Below are positions 19,050 through 26,927 of a DNA stretch of 30,404 nt, piece by piece. The notes below the pieces were generated by a model that saw only the letters and a list, made by a program, of their open reading frames with translations, was not told where the DNA came from and searched no databases. Numbering within the stretch: position 1 is the stretch's first letter; every line of letters starts with the position of its first letter. The translations under genes were made by a program, and so were the position numbers. Source of the DNA: Verrucomicrobiota bacterium (GTDB lineage Bacteria; Verrucomicrobiota; Lentisphaeria; Lentisphaerales; Lentisphaeraceae); NCBI GenBank assembly GCA_039798785.1, contig JBDKFG010000071.1:1-30404 (forward strand), in the 5' to 3' direction.

Positions 19050-19754
19050 CTAGAGGATTAAGCTGCGCAACTTGTCAGCCCAGCTTGTGAAGATCCACGT
19101 CTCACCCATCGACAGCGGCGGCACCCGCTTCACATCCCATCCGGCTTCCAGCAAGCGGTCGCGCATCATGCCACTGCGCTCGCTATTGGAGGAGTGGATG
19201 AGCACCGGCGCAAACGGCGCCTGCTGCAGCAGGAAATCGACCAGCATCATGCCGTCGCCGAGCTCTTCCTTCGGATCGTAGAGATCGTGATCGAGCGAGA
19301 AGATGCAGGCTTCTTTGGGACGAGTCGAAAGCGCGGCGATCATCCGCGGCGCGGAATTCCAAATCTCCACTTCCAAGTCGAGTTCGCGGCAGACCTGCCG
19401 AAAAGCGGCTTGCCGTTCGAAGTTGTCTTCGAGGATGAGAATCTTCTTGAATGAGTTTGAACAGAGGCAGTGCAATCGCATCTCACTACTCTCATAATTG
19501 TACAGACTTCCACAGAAATCACATTTAATCCCCCAAGGCATTGAAAAGCTGATGAATTTCTTTCCTTTGAGCTTGTTCAGATGTTGATTTTTTGCATTTA
19601 AAGCTGCTTCCCAACCGAAGCTTCTTCCACATTTTGAACATTTCAAATCCGCCAGAACCTTCACCTTCAATCTCATTGATCGCGCGATCATGAATTCATC
19701 CCAAACCACAAAGGCGACAATTAAGAGCAGAATCAAAAGACAGACGTAAAGCAT
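19050..19754 (-). CDS. TM + CxxC/CxxC N-terminus fused to a cyclic-phosphate-processing receiver domain
   Basis: C-terminal ILILED...SLDHDL...GDG...IHSSN...M pattern; N-terminal TM helix, CSKC and CDFC. Confidence 0.75.
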   Translation of the reverse strand: MLYVCLLILLLIVAFVVWDEFMIARSMRLKVKVLADLKCSKCGRSFGWEAALNAKNQHLNKLKGKKFISFSMPWGIKCDFCGSLYNYESSEMRLHCLCSNSFKKILILEDNFERQAAFRQVCRELDLEVEIWNSAPRMIAALSTRPKEACIFSLDHDLYDPKEELGDGMMLVDFLLQQAPFAPVLIHSSNSERSGMMRDRLLEAGWDVKRVPPLSMGETWIFTSWADKLRSLIL

Positions 19755-19813
19755 ACATGGCCTCGGTGTTATGATCTGGCTTGAGAGTCCCGACGAAATT
19801 GCATGGTGACCAG

Positions 19814-20341
19814 CTAGAGCAGCTCAACATCGAAGCCGATGGCTTCCAATGATGCCTTGACTTCTCGCGCCTGCGTCGAGCTGGAAAACTGAAGTTCGAC
19901 TTTCTGCCCATGAATCGCGGCATCGATGAGAGGCTTGACCTCTGCCAAGCCTCTTCCTTGGGCAGCCTTGAGGATTTTGATTGCTTGCAGCGACTCTACC
20001 TGGCGATTTCCAACGATGCTTATTCGGCAGCGCAATCCAAGTTCGTCCAGTGACTTCAGGTCTGCATAAGGATCGCCAGTGCGATTAAATGAGTCGACAT
20101 ACTGCTCCACGGCATAGCCAGATCCTGTCTCATAGATCTTGCCGCTTCGTTTGCAGACTAAAACCGGCCCGTGACCAATGGTTCCATCCATCGGGTCTCG
20201 GGTTTTCAAGAAAGTTCGGGTCTGATAGAAAAAGACAAAGCACTGCTCAAGGTCAAGGCTAAACTCGGGCAGGATCGCACAATCTGGCCGGCGACTCGCC
20301 AGCGCCTCTTCCACGTTCAGTTGAGCTTGTTTGAGATTCAT
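19814..20341 (-). CDS. YrhB/Imm35-like domain protein with C-terminal ribosomal L7/L12-CTD-like domain
   Basis: FVFFYQT..FL.T.D......GHGPVLV.K.SG.I..TGS; QAIKILKAAQGRGLAEVKPLID. Confidence 0.72.
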   Translation of the reverse strand: MNLKQAQLNVEEALASRRPDCAILPEFSLDLEQCFVFFYQTRTFLKTRDPMDGTIGHGPVLVCKRSGKIYETGSGYAVEQYVDSFNRTGDPYADLKSLDELGLRCRISIVGNRQVESLQAIKILKAAQGRGLAEVKPLIDAAIHGQKVELQFSSSTQAREVKASLEAIGFDVELL

Positions 20342-20388
20342 CGCGTGAGCTTTCTTGGTTTTGGTTTGGGGCCGCTTTCGACCGTCCA

Positions 20389-20414
20389 GCCCGGCGGGAC
20401 GCCGGGGCTCCCAG
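20389..20414 (-). repeat. REP-like palindrome (CTGGGAGCCCCG family)
   Basis: Minus strand CTGGGAGCCCCGGCGTCCCGCCGGGC; related copy at 29491. Confidence 0.65.
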
Positions 20415-20422
20415 GGGAGCAA

Positions 20423-20446
20423 ACTCGAGCTGGAAGCTCGAGCCAC
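20423..20446 (-). repeat. REP-like palindrome (GTGGCTCGA family)
   Basis: Minus strand GTGGCTCGAGCT-TCC-AGCTCGAGT. Confidence 0.7.
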
Positions 20447-20448
20447 GT

Positions 20449-20559
20449 TTAGTCGCAGTCGCTCCAGCGCTTGCTGACGGCGCTGTCGACCTTGATCGGC
20501 ACCTTGAGTTGCGGGGCCGCGGTGGCCAAAAGGGTGGTAATATTTGACTTCATCTGCAT
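20449..20559 (-). pseudogene. 36-codon ORF resembling the extreme C-terminus of a family A DNA polymerase
   Basis: MQMKSNITTLLATAAPQLKVPIKVDSAVSKRWSDCD resembles the PolA terminal L.VPL.VD.G.G.NW motif. Confidence 0.5.
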
Positions 20560-20624
20560 GAGTGTGAAGATCCTGTTTTTGCGTCGAGCACGAAAATAAC
20601 CCGGAAGGAGCGGCGGCAAAGGGC
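20556..20624. repeat. Direct repeat copy 2 of the dapE upstream region
   Basis: Matches 18936-18999, with a short indel and a few substitutions. Confidence 0.92.
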
Positions 20625-20718
20625 GGCCCCCTCCCCTCCTCCGCAATTCCTTCACTCTGGACAGGGATCGCCTTCGGGATAGCTTGTCCCGGAATCAAAC
20701 AAGCCTACAGGAATCGAG

Positions 20719-21171
20719 ATGCTGATTGCTGCTGCCGACATCGGGGATCTTCCTCACGCCATCCAGCTCGCCTTGGTGCCAGCCTTTCTGCTGACTGCCA
20801 TAAGCGGCATTCTCAATGTCATGACCGGCAGGTTGTCGCGCATCATCGATCGCGGCCGCGGCCTGGTCGAGAACCCCGGCATGACGAATCAGACCTCCGA
20901 AGAGATCCAGAACGAGCTCCGAACCTTGGAAAAGCGTCGTCATCTCGCCAGCATCGCGATCACCGCTTCGACCTTTTCGGCCCTGCTGGTCTGCGCCGTC
21001 ATTCCGGTTCTCTTTCTCGAAGTGCTCTTCGCCTTTGCCCTGAAAACCGTCATCGCCATGCTCTTCATCATCTCCACCTTGGCCCTGGTGCTGGGGCTGG
21101 CCTATTTCCTCCGCGAAGTGCATCTCGCGACCAAGTCCATCCGATTTCCGGTCGACAAAGCTGCGGATTGA
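20719..21171 (+). CDS. DUF2721-family membrane protein
   Basis: AIQLALVPAFLLTAISGILNVMTGRLSRIIDRGR...L..R; three TM helices; FLREV. Confidence 0.88.
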   Translation: MLIAAADIGDLPHAIQLALVPAFLLTAISGILNVMTGRLSRIIDRGRGLVENPGMTNQTSEEIQNELRTLEKRRHLASIAITASTFSALLVCAVIPVLFLEVLFAFALKTVIAMLFIISTLALVLGLAYFLREVHLATKSIRFPVDKAAD

Positions 21172-21185
21172 TTGAAGCGGAGCCC

Positions 21186-21213
21186 TTGCAGAGCCCATCT
21201 CTGGAGTTAGACT
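21186..21213 (+). promoter_or_regulatory. Putative sigma70 promoter of tRNA-Pro
   Basis: TTGCAG-16 bp-TAGACT, 12 nt before the tRNA. Confidence 0.5.
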
Positions 21214-21225
21214 CAGAGCCTTGTT

Positions 21226-21302
21226 CGGAATGTAGCGCAGCCCGGTAGCGCGTTTGGTTTGGGACCAAAAAGTCGAGAGTTCGAATCTCTCCATTCCGAC
21301 CA
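21226..21302 (+). tRNA. tRNA-Pro (anticodon TGG), CCA encoded
   Basis: Acceptor stem CGGAATG/CATTCCG, D arm GCGC..GGTA-GCGC, anticodon arm TTTGG-TTTGGGA-CCAAA, T arm GAGAG-TTCGAAT-CTCTC, 3' ACCA. Confidence 0.97.
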
Positions 21303-21312
21303 GTCTTTTTCT

Positions 21313-21344
21313 GACGGTGCCGCTGAAATCAGCGGTGCCGTTTC
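21313..21344 (+). terminator. Hairpin between the convergent tRNA and TolC gene
   Basis: GACGGTGCCGCTGA-AA-TCAGCGGTGCCGTT with G-T pairs. Confidence 0.5.
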
Positions 21345-21358
21345 AATTGCCGCTGAAT

Positions 21359-22792
21359 TCACTCCGCCTTCCAACCGCCACCGAGGGCCTTTGCGAGGGC
21401 GATCGAGGCCTGGGCCTGGTCGCGGCGGCTGGCTTCGAGGCGGCGCAGGGCGGCGCCGTGTTCTTGCGCCAGGCGCAAGGCGGGGCTGGGGTCGCTGAGG
21501 CCGCTGGCCTGACGGGCGGTCTCGCGACGGACCCGGGACAGGGCGGCGGCGGCATCGGATTCGGCGGCAAGGCGGCGGCGACGCTGCTCTTCGACTGCGA
21601 CAAGGGCGTCTTCGACTTCGCGCAGGGCGCGGCGCCAGGTCTCCTCCCAGTCCGCTTCGGCTGCTCTGGCGCGGGCACCGGCGGCGTCGACGCGGCGATG
21701 GAGGGAGCTGCGGTTGAAGAGCTGCCAGCGAAGGCTGGGGCCGAGCGACCAGACGTCGGCGCTGGATTTTTTCAGGTCGCCGAAATTCATCGCTTCGCGG
21801 CCAAGGCTGCCGGTGAGGCTGAACTGCGGGTAGAGCTCGGCCTCGGCGACTCCCTGCTGCGCCAAGGCGGAGCGCAGGCGGGCTTCGGCAGCGAGGACGT
21901 CGGGACGGCGGCGCAGCAGGCTGGCGGGCACGCCGGCGGGGAAGACCGGGATCTCGCCGTCGAGGTTGGCGAGCTGTAGCGGGGGGAGCTCCGTCGTCGC
22001 GCACAGCTGCATCAAGGCATGCCGGGCTTGCGCCAGGCGCAAGCGCAGTGTGGCGGCTTCCCCCTCGAGGGCGGCGAGACGGCGGCGGGCGTCGAGCAGG
22101 CCGGACTCGTCGTTCAGGCCGGCGTCGAAGCGTGACTGGGCGAGGGCGATGAGCTCCTTTTCCCGTCCCAGGTCGATCTCAGTCTCGGCGAGTTCGACGG
22201 CGGCGCTGCGCTGGTCGAAATACAGGCGGCCGATCTCGGCGACGAGGGCGTGGCGGGCTGCGGCTTCATCGGCGGCGCTGCCCCCGGCGCGGGCGGCGGC
22301 GTCCTGTTCGATCCGCAAGGCGGCGCCCCAGAGGTCGAGATCCCAGCTGAAGTCGAAGGCGCCGCTCCAGGTGTTCATCGGCGTCGGCATGCGGAAGGCC
22401 TTCTCCTGGGAGTTTCCTTGGCGGGTGAAGCCGGCCCGGGCGCCGATCACGGGTTCGCCGCGAGCGTCCAGCGACGCGGCTTCGCAGCGGGCCGCCAAGA
22501 CCCTCTGCGCCGCCGCCCGCAGGCCGGGATTGTCCCGCAGGCCGAGCTCGATCAGGACGCTTAGCTCGGGTTCGCGGAAGCTCCGCCACCACTCCCGCTC
22601 GAGCTCGCCCGTGCTTGCGCCCGCCGCATATTTCTCCGGCACCAACAAGGCGGGCGGCGCAAGCTCGGGATCGGGGCCGACGGCGCAGGAGTTGAGCAGG
22701 AGAAGCGGCGCAATGCAAGCGAGAGCGCGGCGCCGAGCCGGGGGGCTGAAAACTCCCTCACTCCCTTGCCCCCTTACTCCCTGCTCCTTCAT
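21359..22792 (-). CDS. Outer-membrane efflux lipoprotein, NodT/OprM (TolC) family
   Basis: NSCAVGP lipobox, WWRSF.EP.L, SWDLDLWG, LLRRRPDV, YPQFSLTG, LAKALGGGW. Confidence 0.95.
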   Translation of the reverse strand: MKEQGVRGQGSEGVFSPPARRRALACIAPLLLLNSCAVGPDPELAPPALLVPEKYAAGASTGELEREWWRSFREPELSVLIELGLRDNPGLRAAAQRVLAARCEAASLDARGEPVIGARAGFTRQGNSQEKAFRMPTPMNTWSGAFDFSWDLDLWGAALRIEQDAAARAGGSAADEAAARHALVAEIGRLYFDQRSAAVELAETEIDLGREKELIALAQSRFDAGLNDESGLLDARRRLAALEGEAATLRLRLAQARHALMQLCATTELPPLQLANLDGEIPVFPAGVPASLLRRRPDVLAAEARLRSALAQQGVAEAELYPQFSLTGSLGREAMNFGDLKKSSADVWSLGPSLRWQLFNRSSLHRRVDAAGARARAAEADWEETWRRALREVEDALVAVEEQRRRRLAAESDAAAALSRVRRETARQASGLSDPSPALRLAQEHGAALRRLEASRRDQAQASIALAKALGGGWKAE

Positions 22793-23916
22793 TTCGCCAC
22801 CTCGATGCTGACGTCGACCTGCTGGCCGGGGCGGACCGGGAATTTCGCCGGGTCGACCGCGAAAATCAGTTGGATGACACGGGTGTCGATGCGTTCGGCG
22901 CTATCGCCGCTGAGGTTGCTTTTGGGCACCACCAGCGACTCGATGCGGACGAATTCGAGCGGCGCGAAGATGTTGCGGTTGCCGCGGGTCGTGGCGGTGG
23001 CGCGGGCGCCTTCGCTCAGGCGCCAGGCTTCGGATTCGTCGATGTCGACGCGGATGTGGAGGCGGCGGGTGTCGCCGAAAGAGAGCAGCGGCTTGTTCGC
23101 CGGCAGGGCCGGTGCGAGTTCGCCGGGGTGGGCGTAGAGGCGCAGCACCTGGCCCTCGAAGGGGGCGCGGATCTCAAGGCGTTCGAGTTCGACCCGGGCA
23201 GCGGCGGCTTCGGCTTCGGCGGCGACGATCCGGGACTGGCTCGAAGCCAAGGCGGCGCGGGCTTGGGCGAGGCGGGCCTGGCTGATTTCGAGATCGGCCT
23301 TCCAGGCACCGGCCTGGAGCAGCTTGAGGCGGGCGGCAGCTTCGTCGCGGCGGGCGCTCGCGGCCGAGGAGGCGAACTTGGCTTGCGCCAGCTCGTCAGC
23401 GGCGACCGCCCGGGCGTCCTTCACCGCTTCCAACCGGGCGAACCGCTGGGCCCGCTCCGCCGCCTCGGCCTCGGCGGCGCGAAGCTGGGCCAAGACGCCG
23501 GGCAATTCCTCTGGGCGCGGCAGGGCGTTCTGACGTCCCAGCTCGGCCTCGGCGGTGGCGAGGGCGGCCTCGGCCTCGGCCAGGGCGGCACGGCTGACCC
23601 CAAGCTGCGCCTCGGCCCGCTTCAAGGCCGCCGCCTCGCGGCGGGAGTCGAGGCGAAGCAGAGGGGCGCCGGCGCTGACGCGATCGCCCACCTTGACCAG
23701 GACGGCTTCGATCAGGCCGGAAACCGGCGAGGCGATCGCCACGACTTCGGAAGCAGGCTCAACCATTCCGGTTCCGGCGACAAAACGCTCATAAGGCGCG
23801 GCGGGCGGCGGCGCACTCGGCGGCAGCGCCAGCGGCTCGTCCTTCGGCTTCGAGCTGAGCAGGGCAAAGCCGAGGCCGGCCAGGGCGAGCAGAGGCAGGG
23901 CGGTGCGGAGAAACAT
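22789..23916 (-). CDS. HlyD-family membrane fusion protein
   Basis: G.VEP.SEVV.I.SPVSG, VKVGDRV, a long coiled coil, IRAPFEGQVL, ERIDTRVIQ, PGQQVDV. Confidence 0.93.
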   Translation of the reverse strand: MFLRTALPLLALAGLGFALLSSKPKDEPLALPPSAPPPAAPYERFVAGTGMVEPASEVVAIASPVSGLIEAVLVKVGDRVSAGAPLLRLDSRREAAALKRAEAQLGVSRAALAEAEAALATAEAELGRQNALPRPEELPGVLAQLRAAEAEAAERAQRFARLEAVKDARAVAADELAQAKFASSAASARRDEAAARLKLLQAGAWKADLEISQARLAQARAALASSQSRIVAAEAEAAAARVELERLEIRAPFEGQVLRLYAHPGELAPALPANKPLLSFGDTRRLHIRVDIDESEAWRLSEGARATATTRGNRNIFAPLEFVRIESLVVPKSNLSGDSAERIDTRVIQLIFAVDPAKFPVRPGQQVDVSIEVAK

Positions 23917-24002
23917 ATGAGCTCCAGGGTTTAAAGTTTAAGGTTTAAAGCTGAGGACTCGAGCGAGATCGCATCGTTCATCTTCATTCTCCCAATTGTG
24001 TC

Positions 24003-24707
24003 TCAACTGTGTCCCAGTCGTGTCCCGGTTAAAATCCCTTCCACCCGTCCATCGGAAAGCGTCGCGGTGATATCGGCGTGGTGGAGGATGCGGGCGTCGT
24101 GGGTGACGATGATCAGGCTGCGGCCGTCGCGGAGGGCAAGGTCGCGGAGGATTTCCATCACCTGTTCGCCGGTCTTGTGGTCGAGGGCGCTGGTGGGTTC
24201 GTCGCAGACGATGAGATCGGGTTGATGGATGAGGGCGCGGGCGATGGCGACGCGCTGCTGCTGGCCGCCGGACATGTCGCGGGGGGATTTGCGGCGTTGA
24301 TCGGCGAGGCCGACGCGGTCGAGGAGTTCATCGGCGCGGGCGATGGCGGTCTTGCGGTCGAGGCCGTTGAGGATGGCCGGAATGCTGACGTTTTCGGCGG
24401 CGTCGAGAGCAGGGATGAGGTTGAAGGCCTGGAAGACGAAGCCGATGCGGCGGCGGCGGAAAAGGGTCCGTCCGGCTTCATCCATCCGGTCGAGATCTTG
24501 ATCGAGGACCTTGAGGCTGCCGGCGTCGTGGTTGAGGATCCCGGCGATCACCGACAGGAGGGTGGTCTTGCCGCATCCCGAGGGCCCGACCAACATGGTC
24601 AAGGAGCCGCGCGGCAGCTCCAGGTCGATGCCGCGCAAGGCGTGGGTTTCGCCCCCGCCGCTGCGGAAGATCTTGGTCAGTCCTTGGACTTGAAGGGAGT
24701 GCTGCAT
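24003..24707 (-). CDS. ABC transporter ATP-binding protein (LolD/DevA-like)
   Basis: GPSGCGKTT, MSGGQQQRVAIARAL, CDEPTSALD, VTHD. Confidence 0.96.
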   Translation of the reverse strand: MQHSLQVQGLTKIFRSGGGETHALRGIDLELPRGSLTMLVGPSGCGKTTLLSVIAGILNHDAGSLKVLDQDLDRMDEAGRTLFRRRRIGFVFQAFNLIPALDAAENVSIPAILNGLDRKTAIARADELLDRVGLADQRRKSPRDMSGGQQQRVAIARALIHQPDLIVCDEPTSALDHKTGEQVMEILRDLALRDGRSLIIVTHDARILHHADITATLSDGRVEGILTGTRLGHS

Positions 24708-24718
24708 GGGGAACCGGG

Positions 24719-24802
24719 GGAGTGAGGAGTGAGGAGTGAGGAGTGAGGAGTGAGGAGTGAGGAGTGAGGAGTGAGGAGTGAGGAGTGAGGAGTGAGGAGT
24801 GA
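24719..24802. repeat. Heptamer tandem array (GGAGTGA)12
   Basis: 12 perfect copies counted; it ends 11 nt upstream of the ATPase ATG. Confidence 0.98.
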
Positions 24803-24850
24803 GGGAGTGGCGTGGCGAACCTGAGTCACTGAGTCTTGAGTTACTGCGTC

Positions 24851-24939
24851 CTTAATTCTTAACTCTTAATTCTTAACTCTTAACTCTTAATTCTTAACTC
24901 TTAATTCTTAACTCTTAATTCTTAACTCTTAATTCTTAA
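24851..24939. repeat. Heptamer tandem array (CTTAAYT)12 plus a partial unit
   Basis: Y order T,C,T,C,C,T,C,T,C,T,C,T; contains the permease stop codon. Confidence 0.97.
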
Positions 24940-26077
24940 ACACCACTGCCGCTTCCAGTTTCAGGACGCTGCGGAGGGAGAGTGCCGCGGCGAAGCAGAC
25001 GATGAGGAAGATGGCGCTGGCGGTGGCAAGGAGGAGCCAGGGGGGCAAGAACCAGCCGAGGTCGCCGCGCGAGGCTTTGACCCCGACAACCCCGAAGACC
25101 GAGGCGGCACCGACGCCGAGGCCGTAGCCGAGGCAGCCGACGCTGGCGGCCTGGATCATCACCATCTTCACCAAGGTGCCCCGAGAGGCGCCCATCGCCT
25201 TGAGGGCACCGAAATATTTCAGGTTGTCCTGGGTGAACTGCAGGAAGAGCATCCCGGCGATGGCGGTGCCGACGATGAAGCCGAGAATCACTGCGGTGCC
25301 GAAGTTGATCGCGATGCCGGTGTTGTAGATGAAGAAATTCGAGCACTCGACCGCGAAGTCTTCGCGAGTCCGGGCCTTGAGTCCGGTATCCTCTTCGATG
25401 CGGTGGCAAAGGCTCGCGAGTTCAGCTTCCGGCTTCGGTTCGACCAGGATGTAGGAGAGGCTGCGGCGGGACGGCGGAGCCCAGCTCTTGGCCCGGGCGG
25501 CGGTCGTGTAGACGTAGGAGCCGAAGAAGATCGCCTTGTTGGCCTTGACGAAGCCGGCGACGACGGCGCGATGATCATTGATCTCGAAGCTGTCGCCGAT
25601 CTTGAGGGTGCATCCCGCCCGGGCGAATTTCGCCGCCCCGGTGACGTCGAGAAAGACCGCGCCGTCCTGGCGCAGATCCTCGACCCGCCCTTCGACGATT
25701 GGCGGCAGGCCGGTCCAGCTCTGGTCGTCGATGCCCATCAAGAGGCAGGCGCGGCGAAGGCCGCCGCCGAGGTTGCACTCCAGCGGAGTGCGCAAATGTT
25801 CGACCGCCCAGGCGACGCCTTGGACGCCGCGAACCCGGTCGAGCGCGGTGTCGTTCATCGCCCGGACGCCGCTGATGTCGATCGATTCCTGGGCCGGATC
25901 CATCACCCAGATCTTCGCCGTCGGCGCGTCGTCGACGGCGCCGTGGGCGAAGCTCAGCAGGCCGAGGAAGATGGCGCCTTGCTGGGTGATGATCAGGGCG
26001 GCGAAGCCGATGCCCAGGACCAGCCCAAGGAAGCGGATCCGGTCGGCGAAGAGGATCTTGAGGGCGTAGGCAATCAT
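24929..26077 (-). CDS. ABC transporter permease (FtsX/MacB/DevC-like)
   Basis: N-terminal TM, periplasmic domain, three C-terminal TMs, FGALKAMGA. Confidence 0.93.
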   Translation of the reverse strand: MIAYALKILFADRIRFLGLVLGIGFAALIITQQGAIFLGLLSFAHGAVDDAPTAKIWVMDPAQESIDISGVRAMNDTALDRVRGVQGVAWAVEHLRTPLECNLGGGLRRACLLMGIDDQSWTGLPPIVEGRVEDLRQDGAVFLDVTGAAKFARAGCTLKIGDSFEINDHRAVVAGFVKANKAIFFGSYVYTTAARAKSWAPPSRRSLSYILVEPKPEAELASLCHRIEEDTGLKARTREDFAVECSNFFIYNTGIAINFGTAVILGFIVGTAIAGMLFLQFTQDNLKYFGALKAMGASRGTLVKMVMIQAASVGCLGYGLGVGAASVFGVVGVKASRGDLGWFLPPWLLLATASAIFLIVCFAAALSLRSVLKLEAAVVFKN

Positions 26078-26835
26078 TTGCGGGTTTTAGGGGTTTTAGG
26101 GGTTTTAGAGGGAGTGGGGGCGGCGGGTGGCGAGGTTTGCGGGAGACGCAAAGGCGCCACTTGAGCTACTTTGAACTTTAAACTTTGAACTCTGAACTCC
26201 TGAACTGAGGGAGTGGGGCTCGCGGCGAAGCCGTCGAGAAGACTGTCGAGCATCAGCTCGCTGCGAGCTTCGAAGGAGCACCAGGGCAGCCAAGGATCGT
26301 TGCCTTTGTCGAGCTCAAGGGCGATGACGCCGTGCAGGCCGGCCCAAAGGACTTGGGCAAGGAGATGGGGGGCAAGGTCGCGGCGGAGCCGGCCTTCCGC
26401 CTGGGCGGCGCTGAGGGTCGCGGCGAGGAGGGCGTAGCCGTCCTGGCTGGGATCGCCGTGGATGTCGCGGTGTGTCGCCTTCAAGGACTGCGCCTGCTCG
26501 TTGCTCAGCGGCGTCATGAAGAGAAGGCGATAGTGATGCGGCTGGCGCTGGGCAAAACGCAGATAGGCGCCGCAGATCGCACGGAGACGAATCAGCGCGT
26601 CGCCCCCTTCCAGAGCCGCGAGGAAGTCGCCCTGCAATTCCTGGAAGTCGTGGTGGCAGACCTGGTTGATCAAGTCCTCCTTGTCGCGGAAATGACGATA
26701 CAAGGCGGTGGCGCTGCAGCCCAGCTCGGCGGCGATCCGCCGCATCGTCACCCGCTCCATCCCTTCGGTGATGAAAAGGCGGCGGGCGACATCGAGGATG
26801 CCGTCGCGCAAGGTGTCGTTGGCTCGCTTCGTCAC
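26074..26835 (-). CDS. TetR/AcrR-family regulator with repeat-derived C-terminal tail
   Basis: ILDVARRLF..EG...VTMRRIAAELGCSATALYRHFRDKEDL; W..LHG motif; GTG start 8 nt after GGAG. Confidence 0.93.
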   Translation of the reverse strand: MTKRANDTLRDGILDVARRLFITEGMERVTMRRIAAELGCSATALYRHFRDKEDLINQVCHHDFQELQGDFLAALEGGDALIRLRAICGAYLRFAQRQPHHYRLLFMTPLSNEQAQSLKATHRDIHGDPSQDGYALLAATLSAAQAEGRLRRDLAPHLLAQVLWAGLHGVIALELDKGNDPWLPWCSFEARSELMLDSLLDGFAASPTPSVQEFRVQSLKFKVAQVAPLRLPQTSPPAAPTPSKTPKTPKTRK

Positions 26836-26870
26836 GCTCAAAACTCCCTGGAGGCCCGGTGTGCGGTGAC

Positions 26871-26899
26871 TAGTTAACACCGTTAACGGCGAAAGACAA
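26871..26899 (-). promoter_or_regulatory. Putative promoter with overlapping TetR operator GTTAAC-N3-GTTAAC
   Basis: TTGTCT-17 bp-TAACTA on the minus strand; the palindrome at 26873-26887 overlaps the spacer and -10. Confidence 0.6.
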
Positions 26900-26927
26900 G
26901 GCCGGCCTTTTTGCGCTTGGCGCAAGA

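Noticed and set aside
20342..20698. 5' extension of the 294-aa ORF
   Set aside because: It runs through REP-like palindromes and the duplicated promoter; the real start is more likely MNLKQ at 20341
21226..21302. tRNA-Pro as an island attachment site
   Set aside because: No integrase and no duplicated tRNA 3' end seen in the window
3387..24939. Tandem arrays as CRISPR
   Set aside because: 7-bp units with no unique spacers, and no cas genes in the window
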